From assembly GCA_002269645.1 (NCBI GenBank), contig NIVC01000368.1:269864-333863 (forward strand): a stretch of 64,000 bases of DNA, given 5' to 3'. Numbering within the stretch: the stretch's first letter is position 1; the number at the start of each line of letters is the position of its first letter. Shown here piece after piece: positions 1-13,075 of this stretch. The notes beneath the pieces were generated by a model that was not told the DNA's origin, did not search any database, and saw only the letters and a program-made list of their open reading frames with translations. Origin of the DNA: Macrostomum lignano (lineage: Eukaryota). A program made the position numbers and the translations under genes.

Positions 1-353
1 CCCCTACCTCAATTCCTTCTTTACGAATCACGGCACTATAACAATTTCCACCAAGCTTTGACATCGTAGCAATTCCCAAATGAATCTTTTAACTTTGACA
101 AGACTTTTCTTTTATGTATACATAGTGCTACTTTTATTTTTTACATGACTCTTCTTCTATCAGCGCTCCCCCCCCCCCGTGGTGAGCTAACAAAGAATGT
201 AATAAAAAATTGAGTAAAGTAAATGAACTTTGAAGTAGCTTCTGACTTTTGCTTTGACATCTTTGAAACTCCCCCCTGTAATGTCAGTTACTCTCTGTGA
301 GCCTTGACGTCTCAGTTTTTCTCCCTAGCACAGCACTATAGCTTCATTTAATT

Positions 354-1128
354 TTTACATGACACCTTTCATGTCTGACATGACGCTTCTTTTATTCTAC
401 CATGATGCTTCTTAATTTTTTAAATGACACTTTTATTAGTTTTTAAATGAGGCTTCTGTGATTTTTACATGACGCTTTTAAGATTTTTATATGATGCTTC
501 TATGATTGTTTACATGACGCTTCTATGATTGTTTACATGACGCTTCTACGATTTTTTACATGATGCTTCCATGACTTTTTACATGACGTTTTTATGATTT
601 TTACATGACGCTTCTATAATTGTTTACATGACGCTTTAATGATTTTTACATGATGCTTCCATGATTGTTTACATGATGCTTCTATGATTTTTACATGACA
701 CTTTTATGATTTTTACATGACGCTTCTATGATTGATTACATGGCACTTCTATGATTCTTACATGATGCTTCTATGATTCTTACATGACACTTCTATGATT
801 TTACATGATGTTTCTATGATTTTTTACATGATGCTTCTATGATTTTTTACATGACGCTTTTATGATTGTTTACATGACGCTTCTATGGTTGTTTACATGA
901 CGCTTCTATGATTTTTTTCATGACGCTTGTATGATTTTTTCATGACACTTCTACGATTTTTGCAGGACGCTTCTATGATTTTTTACATTTTGCTTCTATG
1001 ATTTTTACATGACGCTTACTATGATTTTTTACATTTCGCTTCTATGATTTTTACATGACGCTTCTATGATTTTTATATGATGCTTCTATAATTTTTTGCA
1101 TGACAATTCTATGATTTTTTACATGACA
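354..1128. repeat. Minisatellite, ~22-bp unit (ATGATTTTTACATGACGCTTCT)
   Basis: About 35 degenerate tandem copies are visible directly. Confidence 0.95.
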
Positions 1129-1589
1129 CCTTTAGTCCTTTAGTTATTTTTTTTAACAAAAGCTTTTAATAAAAAAATTTTCACTACTAAGTTTTGAACA
1201 CAGGTTGCTGCATTAGCAGTCCAGTCTGTTCATATCTAGGCTAGATCTTATCAAATTTATAAATGAAATTGTAGCACTTATATAATTCAACACTCACTCA
1301 TGAAGCAGTTATGACAATCAATTTCCTAGGCAAGTTAGTATCAGTCTCAATTAAAGTTTAGAATATGGTTACGCAATCTAAATCAAGTCTGGTGCTACGC
1401 TTCCACACTGCATTTTCAATACTGCGACGCAATTCAAGTTGGAGTTACATTTCAGTTATGATGCAATCTATTTCAGAATCAGAATTCAACCAGTCAGTTT
1501 TTTCTCTAGCATTTTTACAATGCATTTCAAGTCAAAAAGTTTGCTTGACCTTTGCAAAAAGCATGTTTTTCGAATATTTAATCCCTTTA

Positions 1590-1745
1590 GCATTTAGCAA
1601 TTTCTTAGCAAAGATATATGTACCGTCCTGGGAAAATTTCTGATTGAACAGTGCAAATTAGAACAAAATCGGTCTAGCCATTTTTTCTCTAATTGATTGC
1701 GTACAAACAAACAAACATACAGACAACTCATTTTTAGTATATAGG
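1590..1745 (+). mobile_element. Probable 3' end of a non-autonomous Helentron/DINE-1-like (HINE) element
   Basis: The segment AAAATTTC..AAAATCGGTCTAGCC..TACAAACAAACAAACATACAGACAACTCATTTTTAGTATATAG follows the typical HINE 3' layout: an ACAA/ACAG microsatellite followed by a TATATAG terminus. Family assignment is from recalled pattern only. Confidence 0.45.
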
Positions 1746-1883
1746 ACAAAATGTTGTCAAAATAAAAAATCTATAGTATAAAATATTAGTTAGGCAATAT
1801 GCCTAACTAATATTCTAAAAGATACTATTTTGAGAAATTTTTGTAAGCAACAAAGTGTTTATAGATTGTATGTTAGGTAACCA

Positions 1884-2450
1884 ATTGTTTTACCCATAAA
1901 CCATTTTGGCCATAGAAATTTTGCCCCAAACCATTTTGCCCACAGGCTGTTTTGCCTATAGACCATTTTGCTTCAAAGCCAATTGAACTAGGCCTAGTTT
2001 TGCCAAGGTGGCAATAAATGCCTAAACTTAGAGTTGAAAAAAGTTGATAGATCTTATTCTTTTAGTATTTCTGGTTTTACCAAAACCTTTTTTTACCTTC
2101 TGATTAAAATGGCTTATTGCACTTTTAAAATAAATGACTTTCTTAGAAAAAAACTTGTAAGAATTTACAATTATAATAAACATAAACAAATAACTAACTC
2201 ATGACACATGTTGTAACAACAAATCATATTTTCTAACAAATTAAAACTAAAATTACAATTGAAAAAAGACAAAATTAAATATACATGTATAGTGATATCT
2301 GTAAATTACATAGGCCTAATTACCATTTTAGCCAAAATGCATATAGCCAAATTGGTTTATGGGCAAAATGGACTATAAAACTGGAAGAAAGAGCCTAGGA
2401 GCAAAATTTCCATGGCCAAAAATCAAAATGGTTTAGGGGTAAAACAACAA
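1884..2450. mobile_element. Degenerate MITE-like element with long inverted repeats
   Basis: 1886-1970 (TTGTTTTACCCATAAACCATTTTGGCCATAGAAATTTTGC) matches the reverse complement of ~2395-2450. Internal CCATTTTG/CAAAATGG subrepeats are present. Confidence 0.55.
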
Positions 2451-2659
2451 CTGGAATTTGTATGTCACATGCAACAAGATCTTATTAGATAGTCATGCTA
2501 GTCTATTTTTTATATATAGTACTCAGTAGGGACCTTATTAATATTTAATGTATTAACCTTAATTATTTTTATTATTAATATTACAAATACCAATGTTAGA
2601 TATTATATTAGTTTATTAACTAGTTTATTTAGCTTAGCTCTTGGCTTAAATGCTATAGA

Positions 2660-3560
2660 TAGACAGCATTTCTGACACCCTGGTGATGGTAGTTATAGAC
2701 CTATATCACAACTCTAAGGCTTTTGTTGACTCCAACAATAGCCTTAAAAATAAGTTTGATACTACTTCTGGGATATTGCAAGGGGACACACATCTCCTCT
2801 GCTTTTCATTTTCATTGACTAAATCTTGCACTACTGCCTTTGAGATGACAATAGCTTTGTCTTTGTGCCTCAGTGTAGCTTTTACCACACTGCCATGACA
2901 TTCTTAGCCCTTGCTTACATTGATAACATTGCGCTATTATGCTGAGACCCTATAGCAACCTTGCATGCTTTTACTTAACTCTCCTGAGAAGGCACTTGGA
3001 TTGGCTTGCAGATTAATGTACACAAAATAAAGATACTGCACATAGGTGCTAACAATTCTCTACCACTGACCTTGACCAATGGTGAGGCCATCTTAATGTG
3101 CAATGACTTCCAATACCTAGGCACCTTTATGCTTGTGATGAACCCAAAGGCAATCATTATAGACAGGAGGACCTAGGCCTAGCGCGCCATGGGTCATCTC
3201 AATCTTAGGCCAATCCTCACTTCTAGAGTGCAAAACAACCTAAAGATCTATCTATACCTATTATGCATTGCTAGGCCTAAGTAGAGCCAATCATTCTTTA
3301 TGCTATGGCATAGAAGCTATCCTGATGTCTGATGATAACCATGCAAGAATGGGCCTTGGACATAATGCACCACAACCTGCTATGCAAGTTGAAGGTGCTA
3401 GGCATATGCTACTTGGCCATTCTCTCAATAGCCTAGCTGATAGCAAAACCAAAATTGCCATTCCTTAATATTATCTTCTACTGGCATTGCTAGGCCCTGC
3501 TGGCTGCTAGGACACTGCCTGCAGCAGTTTACCTGCAGCAAAAACAACCCATTTGGAGTC
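2660..3560 (+). mobile_element. Decayed non-LTR (LINE) reverse transcriptase relic
   Basis: Across frameshifts it reads LYHNSKAFV..FDTTSGILQGDT-SPLLF..LAYIDNIALL (degenerate YADD)..GLQINVHKIKIL..CNDFQYLG, i.e. RT motifs in the correct order, with many stops. Confidence 0.85.
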
Positions 3561-3984
3561 AACCATATTAACTAAGCTTGCTTTTCATCTGTGCTATAGT
3601 ATATTTATATAAGCTTAATTGACTTTAACTTTTACTCATATTTATTTAGGTGCTAAATTATTGCATTTTTAAAACAATAAAACCCCATGTGTGTGTCAAG
3701 TTGTTTACAACACCCATCTAATAACACTAGGCCTACAGACACAGTATATTACTTAATTATAATTTTTACTATTTTTATTAATTTTAGGTTTCTCTCTATT
3801 TCTACAGGCCTATATTTGAAATGAAAGCAATAAGCTATTTCAAAGCAACTGCAAGTAAAGAACTCTGTAGTGTAAACTGCAAAAAGCAACACAATGTGGC
3901 AACTATACACAAGCTAGGTTAGGTACAAGTACAACAAATTTTATTAGGCCTACCTACGAAGTTTAATTCCTGTTAATAGTAAAC

Positions 3985-4710
3985 CTTGTTCTTGATCTTG
4001 ATGGCTTTGGCTATCTGGTGCAAAGGCAGTGCAATTGCTCATTTTTCATAGCAATTTATTAATTACTGTTTATTTAACCAATTAAATGACAATGTGACTT
4101 TTTTGAGCTATTTTAGGTACTTTTCAGTAGCCGAATGTTATAGTTCTTTCTTTTCTCTCACGTAGGTCCTTGGCTGTCGAGCGGAGCGGCTGGCGAAAGC
4201 TTTCCAAGAAAACTGCAATGTCAAATGATTTATACTTAAAACTACTTGAACGTATTTTAAACTAAATGTTTAATATTTTATATCTTTTATTATAACTTAA
4301 GATTAATATTTATCAAATTTTTACGTCAGAATTTTAAAAGCATTGTTGCTTTGCGCTATAAAATTATCGTATTTGAAATTGGCATTTTTCTAGAAATCGT
4401 ACGTATCAATTACTTATATTCGTTAGCGAAATGAATAAATATACACAGACGACAAGGACAGGGAGGCATGTACCTGTTTTTTAAATGAATTGATTGCAGA
4501 GAGCCTGCATTCGAAATAGCTCGAAAATGGTTACTTCATGGGTGTTACTTAGTTTTTACCTAACACAGACTGTACATCTTTGAAATTGAACATCCCCTTA
4601 TATATTTTTTTCCTCGTGGTGTCAGGTACACCACCGAAGTTTATAACTAACATTTATGTACCTTAACTCACAATTTTCTGTTGCCTTTTGTGGAAGTTAA
4701 TTCGAAACTT
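3985..4710 (-). CDS. Tentative small multi-exon gene divergent from MAN2C1 (possible membrane protein)
   Basis: Five GT-AG bounded mini-exons (4710-4672, 4596-4560, 4473-4414, 4212-4162, 4014-3985) splice into one open frame: KFRINFHKRQQKIGMFNFKDVQSVLGTCLPVLVVCVYLFISLTNIIFLESFRQPLRSTAKDLHSQSHQDQEQ, with one hydrophobic segment. No homolog recognised. Confidence 0.3.
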
Positions 4711-6052
4711 CTGCATAAATAGCATAATAAAATTCTAGCTTTATAAATTTGTATGGATATATAAGAGAGTTATGTATACCAAACCCAAAACTTGCCAAAA
4801 TAAATCCATGTTTTATGCCTAAATTTTATTAAACTACCGATAGATTGCAGCGTAAATTGAATTCGATTTTAAAAATAGTTTCTTTAGAAGACTTTTAATT
4901 GTGTTTTATACTATAATTTATGTGAAAATACTAGTTACTTTAGTTTTCCTAATTTAATTTATTTTTTAATGTGATATATTTTTAATAAGGTTTTTAAATA
5001 GCGACTAGGCCCCTATATGACAAAACACAGTCAAAAGATGTTTTGTTGAGCATTATTATATGCTATAACTAGTTGATTGTAACTGTTTTTACATTTCAAT
5101 ACTAGCTTCAATATTTAAAATATATTATGACAATTAATGCGGTGGCCTCGAAAGTAATCAACGAAGACAAATACGGCAGAGGCAATTTTGTAGCGGTAGC
5201 ACTTGATGATAATAACGACTGATGCGGGCAATGGCCGCAGACTTTATTTATTGTAACGTATGAGAGGATGGTTAGGCTTGCTATTATTAATTCCGTCTGG
5301 GCGGTCAACAGAGATAGGTCAAAGTACTGGCTGAATCCATAAGAAATGCACTGGGCGGCTACGCAATGATAAGTTAGATGGTAGACAATAGAGTGAGTCG
5401 ATGGGCCTGAGGCAATGGTGACGATGTGATGGCGGTAAACATGCGGTGGCAGTGCTCTTAGCAAGAGCTCGTACAAACAGTAGGAGTGGCGTGACTGAGA
5501 TTGGCAGATGCGTGGTTTAGAACCGTAGCGGAGCGAGGCAGAAAGGGAAGGCAAACAAACAAGGAGTGCCGGGGTGGTGAGAGCCTATGGGTGGGTAGAG
5601 TGGTGGCCAAGGGTGGAAGGGTCTAACCCCGAGCGCCCCAGCCAGACAAGACTGATAAGGAGCGGGCTGGGGTGGGTGCGCGAGGAGAACTTAATTTCAG
5701 GCTAACATAATTTATGCGCGGCTTTTCTATTGGCCGGCAAGAAAAATAGAAATTATCAATCGCGTACTGTACTTAGGCTTTAAAAATGTATGCAAGTTGT
5801 TTAAAATTCTTTGGGCACTACTTTAAGCAGACGTGAGAGTACGAGACCATTAAATTAACAATTATTATAGATTGGTACCGTATGCTAAAATGGCCCTTAA
5901 ACGGACAACGTCACAATATTGTTATTTCTCAGGCTAACTATCATATATGAACTATCGTCTAGCAGCCCAACCTTAAAACAATTGGACATTATATTTATTA
6001 ATCATCTGTATATTGAATTTAGTGTAAAATAAGTTTCCTTTAATGCATGAAA

Positions 6053-9000
6053 ATGGAACTACAGGATGTACATAAACACTGGAGAACAACATATGAAAGA
6101 ATTGAAAAGTTTATTTCACCGCATTACTTTTGTGATTCAAACTTACTTTCAAGGTATGTACTTATATCTTTCGTAAAATACAATTAAATAATATTGTAAT
6201 GAGAAAATTTAACACTTTAAAACGTTTTCTTTATTCAGGCAAACATCCAATCGAGCAGCTGCTCTGAGCATACAGCATCTGAAGTCACAAGAGTTCCTTG
6301 GTTCATGGCTGGACAAGAAAACTCTAACAACTGAAAGCTTATGGGAGGACATTGACCTTGGTTTTAAATTTGGTCCAGTGTAAGCCTTGATTGTCTCTTA
6401 TTTCTCTTGGCTATTTGTTTTATTTATAAAATGTTTTTTCACTTTTCTGTTTTAGTTGGAGCATCCACTGGTTCCGTGTACAGCTACCAAAAGCTGACTG
6501 GCTTGAAGAAGCATTTGCTGCTAGCAAACAGTCTGGCAGCATCAACAGTGAAGTCCATTTTCAATGGAACTCCGACACGGAGGCACTGATCTTTTCTCCA
6601 ACTGGTCGCATCATTCAAGGCGTAACTTCACTTCACGATGGTACAAGAGAAACTGCGGAGCTATCGCCAGATGACCAGAATGATTTACAATCGCCATTCA
6701 ATGAGTCGCAGCTGATGCTGTACTTGCAGTGCTCTGTCAGTGAACTGTTTGGAGCTGGTCCTTCATGCGTTCGGCCACCGGATCCCAAAAGGCAGGGCAA
6801 TCTGTCCAAATGCCAACTCATCCGTAGGGATCCTATAATTAGTCGCTTAATCCAAGATCTTCACCTGCTAATGGAGATTGCCAAAGAGCTCAAAGAGACA
6901 GATCAAGGTCATCGAGCTCTCTACTGCGGCAATAGCATTGTGAATTTGTGCCTGCAGTGCCGCTATGACGATGCAATCAAATTGGCTGACGAATTTTTCA
7001 AAGCGTCGAGAGGCACAACAATGGAGCCTGCAGGTACCTCGAAAGACCGGATGCTGCTTCACGCCATGGGCCACTGCCACATCGACACCGCTTGGCTGTG
7101 GGATTACGCCGAGACTAGGCGTAAAACTGCTAGAAGCTGGTCAAGTACGCTGCGTCTCATGCGCAAGCATCCAAAGATGACGTTTGTCGTGTCTCAGGTG
7201 TGTTGATTGCTCCTAGTAATCTTCTGTCTATTGGTTTAATGTCTATTATCAATGATTCTGTCGGCTAAAGTTGCATTCTACCCCAGTGCTTTGGAGGAGT
7301 ATTAAAATGATAATGCAATTACGAGCTGTTTATTACACCCGTCCCAATTAGGGCAGACGTGCAACCGACAGCTCAGCCGCAGCTATTGGGCGGTGCGACT
7401 GAAGGCTGCGTACGGCTGTTCAGTTCAAGGACTGGCGGTCGCCACACATTTTACCCTCAATCACTCCAGCTAATGCTGGAACCCATTTTACAGCTGGGTG
7501 AACCGACGCAATGCAGAGTTAAGTGTCTTACTTAAAGGACACAAATTGTTCCAAGTGGCTCGGGAATCGAACCCCTGACCTTGGAGTCGCGAGTCCGACT
7601 GCTACAACTCCCTTTTGTAGGAGTGCAAATCTTTGACAAGGCGTTTTTTAATAAAAAGCAAAATCGTTTTTCTCATTTCTTCAGAGAGTTGTTAGAAAGT
7701 TGTTTTATTATTACCAGGTAACAATGATAATTGATGTTGAATATTTCTTTTCCAGGCTCAACAGCTGGACTGGCTGAAGACGGACTACCCAAATCTGTTC
7801 TCAGAGATTGTCAGCCTAGCTAAGCAGGATCGCTTCCTACCTGTTGGCGGCTGCTGGGTCGAGATGGACACTAATCTGCCCTGCTGCGAATCGTTACTAC
7901 GTCAATTTCATTACGGTCAGAAATTTTTTCAACGCCATTTCGGACGAAAGTGTCCGGAATTTTGGCTACCGGACACGTTCGGTTACAGCGGCCAGCTGCC
8001 CCAGCTGATGAGGCACGCTGGAATGAGCTGGTTTCTAACCCAGAAGCTTAGCTGGTCGCTGGTGAACAAATTTCCGCATCATTCGTTTGTCTGGCGCGGC
8101 ATTGACGGCTCGGAGGTGTTGGCTCATTTTCCACCTGGCGACTCGTACAACATGCAGGTAGGTTTGTGTGGTATGTCATGTGACTTTATTGAATCTATGT
8201 TATGGTTGTTTGCGCTTGCACTTACCCAATTAACTAATCTTTGCACAATGTACACTTATCGAGCTGCACTCCGATGTACACTAATCGATCTGCACTCCGA
8301 TGTACACTAATCGATCTGCACTCAGATGTACACTTATCGAGCTGCACTCAGATGTACACTCATCGAGCTGCACTCAGATGTACACTCATCGAGCTGCACT
8401 CAGATGTACACTCATCGAGCTGCACTCAGATGTACACGTATCGATCTGCACTCAGATGTACACGTATCGATCTGCACTCAGATGTAAACTTATCGATCTG
8501 CACACAGTGTACACTTATCGATCTGCACACAGATGTACATGTATCGATCTGCACTCAGATGTACACCTATCGATCTGCACACAGTGTACACTTATCGATC
8601 TGTTCTCGAATTTAAACTTAAATCGATCTGCACTCAGATGTACACTTATCAATCTGGCTTTAAATGTACACTTATCGATCTGCACTCAGATGTACACTTA
8701 TCGATCTGGCTTTAAATGTACACTTATCGATTTGCACTCAGATGTACACTTATCGATCTGCACTCTCAATTAAGGTTCTCCCATCCGAGCTGGCCTTCTC
8801 AGCCAGCAACCACCGGGACAAGGGTCGGACACAGCATGCCGGGTTTTTGTACGGCCACGGCGACGGTGGCCAGGGACCAGGGCCGGACATGTTGGACAGA
8901 TTGGAAAGACTGTCCGACTGTCCGGGACTGCCTCGGCTGAGCCACGGCACGCCTCGAACGTTATTTACCGGGCTAGAATCTGATAGGGCGAACTTGCACA

Positions 9001-11978
9001 GCTGGACTGGGGAGCTGTACTTGGAGCTGCACAATGGCACCTATACTACTCATCGCAGCATTAAGCTGGGCAACTTTCGATGCGAAAGCGCACTCAGGGT
9101 GGTTGAATTTCTGCTGGCTTTGGGAGTTCTTGACGAGACTGCGACTGTCGAGGTGAGTAGATTATTATATGGTTGCTATGGTGATTAGGGACGTTTGTTA
9201 TGTACGTTTAGAACAGGGATTTCTGTGACTTAAAAACAATTTTAAGAAACTTGCTTAGGTCATTTGTTTTGAGGATCAGTGACGTACGTATACAGGTGTT
9301 TTTATGGGGAAGGATTGCAACCTTCAGGGCCGTAAATTGCATGTCTTGGAGTTGACCCTGTCTCTTGGTGGGCGTCCCTGTCTCTTGATGGACGTCCCTG
9401 TCTCTTGATGGACGTCCCTGTCTCTTGGTTGGCGCCCATGTCTCTTGGTTGGCGCCCCTGTTTCTTGGTGGGCGTCTCTGTCTCTTGGTTGACGCCCCTG
9501 TCTCTTGGTGGGCGTCTCTGTCTCTTGCTGGGCGTCCCTGTCTCTTGGTTGACGCCCCTGTCTCTTGGTGGGCGTCTCTGTCTCTTGGTGGGCGCTCCTG
9601 TCTCTTGGTTGGCACCCCTGTCTCTTGATGGGCGCCCCTGTCTTTTGGTGGTCGTCCCTGTCTCTTGGTTGGCGCCCCTGTCTCTTGGTTGGCGCCCGTG
9701 TCTCTTAGTGGGCGTCCCTGTCTCTTAACGGGCGTCCCTGTCTCTTGGTTGGCCCCCCTGTCTCTTGGTTGGCGCCCGTGTCTCTTGGTTGACGCCCCTC
9801 AATACCCGTTTCTACCAGAGCTGTTGTGACACTCGCTGGTGCTTATATACTGGCTACCGTATTGATAGTAGACGGATATGGTTCACTCGTTCACTCTGTA
9901 CAAGCTGCTCCGCTCTCACCAGGGTAATGACGCTCTTGGAAAATAATAATAAAATAAAATAATAAAAATAACAGCACCCTTTGACGTAATCAAGCTTACC
10001 GGAAAATAATAACTCGAAATATGAAAAAATCTGTAAATTTGAATCAATCTCGTTTTGAATCAAAGTTTGCTTTCTCTCTGCTATTTCAATGTAAATATCT
10101 AACTAATTCATCAATTAGTGTTTAATATTTGTATATACGAGCAGCTCTGATAGCGCAGCCGATTGACTTATTTCTCTTGTAAAGACAAAGAGCCAGAAAA
10201 ACCCCACCCCAGCAGCGAATCAAAACCAAGCACGGGGCAGGGCGCAGCCCACGTGCCTCAACAGGGCCGGTTGCAGCCAGCCAGAGCAGAGCACGGGGCA
10301 GACGGACGGCAGGGCAGGGGGACACTAAAGCCCAGCAGCTATAGGCAGATCCACCATGCACGCCAACCCTAATTTATTGATTTTTTCATCAAGTATTAAT
10401 CTCCTTAATTGTTCCACCTCGCAGTCGCTCGACTCTTTGGACACAGCCTGGCATCTGCTGCTGCTGAACCAGTTTCACGACGTCCTACCCGGATCTAGCA
10501 TTGGTCGCGTGTACGCCGACTCAGCTCGTCACTACAATCAAATCCTGTCCGTTTGCAGTCGCTTTCGCTCCATGGACGAAGTCTCGACACCGGCTGCAAG
10601 TGTGTCGGAATTTGCTCTCGTAAATCCTACTCAGTGGTCGATGTCTTTGACGCTTCCTGAAGATCATGGCCGTCGACTTGTGAGTCTGCCGCCTCTCTCA
10701 GTTTGCCGACTTGATCAATTGCTACTAAAAGAAGCAACACCACCAGAGCCGACAGCAAAACTGCTGGATTCTAAAGTTGTTGTACTTGAGAATGAGCATT
10801 TGAAAGCTGAAATCGATTCGTTCGGTCGAGTTGTCTCTCTGATTAGCAAATCAATTGGCGCCGGCCGAGAATGCCTATTGGCACCTGTCCAATTGACTTA
10901 TTATCACGATATGCCGTTATTCTGGGACGCCTGGGACATTATGGACTATAGCTGGGAGACTCGAGCCACAGTTGCTGAGGACGCCACTGGCAAGGGTAGA
11001 CTGATTGAATCGTGTCGAATTGATAGTTCGCACAGCTGTCAGACTGTCTACGAGCTGACTAGCTATCCCACATCCTCGGATGCTACCGATTCCAACCTTG
11101 TGTCCCGGATCGAGCATCAGGTCGCTCTACTGCCAGAACGGCCTCACTGTCTGACCTTCTGCACCCGGGTGACGCCCTGGCGAGCCGCTCACACGTTGCT
11201 CCGCGTTGAACTGCCCTGCAATGTACGAGGCGTCACCCGAGCTAGCGCGGAGATTCAAGCCGGCCGAGTTGACCGGCCAACTCGAGGCAACACCAGCTGG
11301 GATTGGGCCGCGCACGAGCACTGCTCGCATCGGTACTTGGATCTGTCCGAGGCCAATTTCGGTTTGGCTACAATAAAACAGGCAATCTACGGCGGTAGCG
11401 TACGCGATGGTAGCGTTGTAAACTTGAGTCTGTTGCGCTCTCCTCGCGGCCCAGATGCTGAAGCGGATTTCAATAGCGAGCACTGCCTGCGCTATGCTCT
11501 GATGCCTCATCAAAGCTTGGCTGGCCTGACGGACAGCTCCAGTTGCCGCAGTCTGGTTGCCACAGCTTGTCAGTTTGGCTATCAATCCGATGTTGAACTG
11601 ACGCGATTGCGTCTGACAGATCGAACAGCTGTACCGCTGACAACGAGCCCACTGGTTACCTTTGAACAGCCTGCACCGGGTAGCAGCCAATCTGTAGTGC
11701 TAGACTGGATCAAACCGGTCCGCTCTGTTGACAAGTCCAAGTGGTTTCTAGTTCGTCTGTACGAAAGTGTGGGCGGTTTCGTACCGAATTGTTGCCTGCG
11801 AATTTATCTGCCAAGAACTGGTGGTCGATTGACTGCGGCTTTCGAGTCCAACGCGTTAGAGGAACAGCTGCGACCGCTGAAACTGCAGTCTGCTGCTGAT
11901 GGCGGGGTTGCTGTTGAACTGCCGGCACCGATTGCGGCCTATCAGGTGCTGTCCGTGTTGATCTGCTGGACGCTTTGA
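6053..11978 (+). CDS. MAN2C1: Cytosolic alpha-mannosidase 2C1 (glycoside hydrolase family 38), 6 exons
   Basis: Exons ~6053-6153, 6239-6379, 6456-7197, 7756-8157, 8775-9152, 10425-11978. Hallmarks: N-terminal [103 protein letters not shown]. The exon 1/2 junction phase is ambiguous. Confidence 0.96.
7348..7608 (-). mobile_element. tRNA-derived SINE family A (Meta/CORE-like central domain), copy 1, in MAN2C1 intron 3
   Basis: Aligns by eye to copies at 55170-55455 and 56345-56600. The minus strand has a B box GGTTCGATTCC followed by TTTGTGTCC..AAGACACTTAACTCTGCATTGC..CACCCAGCTGTAAAATGGG. Confidence 0.85.
8248..8765. repeat. Minisatellite, 26-bp unit (GATGTACACTTATCGATCTGCACTCA), MAN2C1 intron 4
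   Basis: About 20 tandem copies. They explain the repetitive ORFs 8241-8773. Confidence 0.95.
9355..9800. repeat. Minisatellite, ~20-bp unit (GGCGCCCCTGTCTCTTGGTT), MAN2C1 intron 5
   Basis: About 22 tandem copies. They explain ORFs 9208-9728. Confidence 0.95.
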
Positions 11979-12649
11979 TTTCTTGGAATTAAAGAAGCAG
12001 CCAAACGAACTGAAGTTTACTTTATCACTTTGTAGTTATTAATAGAAGTTTGTTCATTAATCTGATTTTAGCAGAAGTAGATTTTTTTATTGGTGGAAGA
12101 TGCCCATGTTATTGGAAGAGTGAAACGCCACTTTGTTTAGGCCAGCGGTTGTCAAACACTCCATTGAAACTTTACAATAGCAATCCAGACCGTTTAAGGT
12201 TTATGACTCTTCTCAGCTTGCCGACCCCTGGTTCAGGTGCGTGGAACCCTGGTACCTGGAACCGCACTGTGGGTTCCATATATTGTTTAAATATCTGATG
12301 GTGAACCAAATCGTTTGGTTCGATAACACGAGCATATAGTCAGTTATTTCAAAAAGCTCTCTACGCAAGAAGTTTGCTTGTTGTTGAAAAATATTGACTG
12401 AGAACAGAAATGTTTCATTGCTGACTTCCTTAGACAAATTGATTAAGGAAAAAGTAAAATCAATAATAATTATTTATTTGGTGATTGTAGCCTTGCGAAT
12501 ATCTAGATACGTGTAATGATTATTGACAAGCATGTAATTTTTCTCTTTCATAATTATTCTTTTTTGAAACTTTTAATTTTCAATAATTTCAATAAAATTT
12601 CTGTAGTTTATGCAAATAAATACAAAATCTTCAAGTCTTAACAGTAAAA

Positions 12650-13075
12650 ATACCGAAGGAGAGGGTAATCCTTCGGTAAGCAACGCAGGCACACAAAATT
12701 CAAGAACACGAACCAACTTTTTGTTGCGCACCCTCTCGAACGGGAATCAAGTCGCCAGCCCTCCGGACCGTGAGATTTTCGACTATTCTGTCAGAAGGTC
12801 GGATTTTTACCATAAGCGCTAGTGTGTTCAGTACACCTCTGTGCGCCGGTCAGCACTGCGTCTCAGTGCAGCCTTGCCAAGCCTTTAAGTTTCATCATGA
12901 CTTCGTTGGTCACTGGCCTTCACCCAAGCGGAGCCTCTAGACCTTCAACAGGTGGCACCAGGTGACTATGGACACCCTGGTGTGAATTTCTCGAGTTTCG
13001 CTGATCAAGCCATCGACAGTGGGCAAGCCTCAACTGCTGGACATCCTCATCTAGCCTCTCAAGCACTCACTCATC
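12650..13075 (-). mobile_element. Dispersed non-coding repeat family X, inverted copy
   Basis: Its reverse complement aligns with 22143-22560, e.g. CATAGTCACCTGGT.CCACCTGTTGAAGGT..GGTGAAGGCCAGTGAC..CACTAGCGCTTATGG..GGCGACTTGATTC. Confidence 0.85.

Noticed and set aside
5108-5554. 148-aa minus-strand ORF
   Set aside because: No recognisable motif, non-ATG start and no splice context. It may be part of an unidentified repeat or LTR, but I could not support that.
8241-9728. Long repetitive ORFs ([18 protein letters not shown].., [11 protein letters not shown]..)
   Set aside because: These are translations of intronic minisatellites. Only 8775-9152 is a real MAN2C1 exon.
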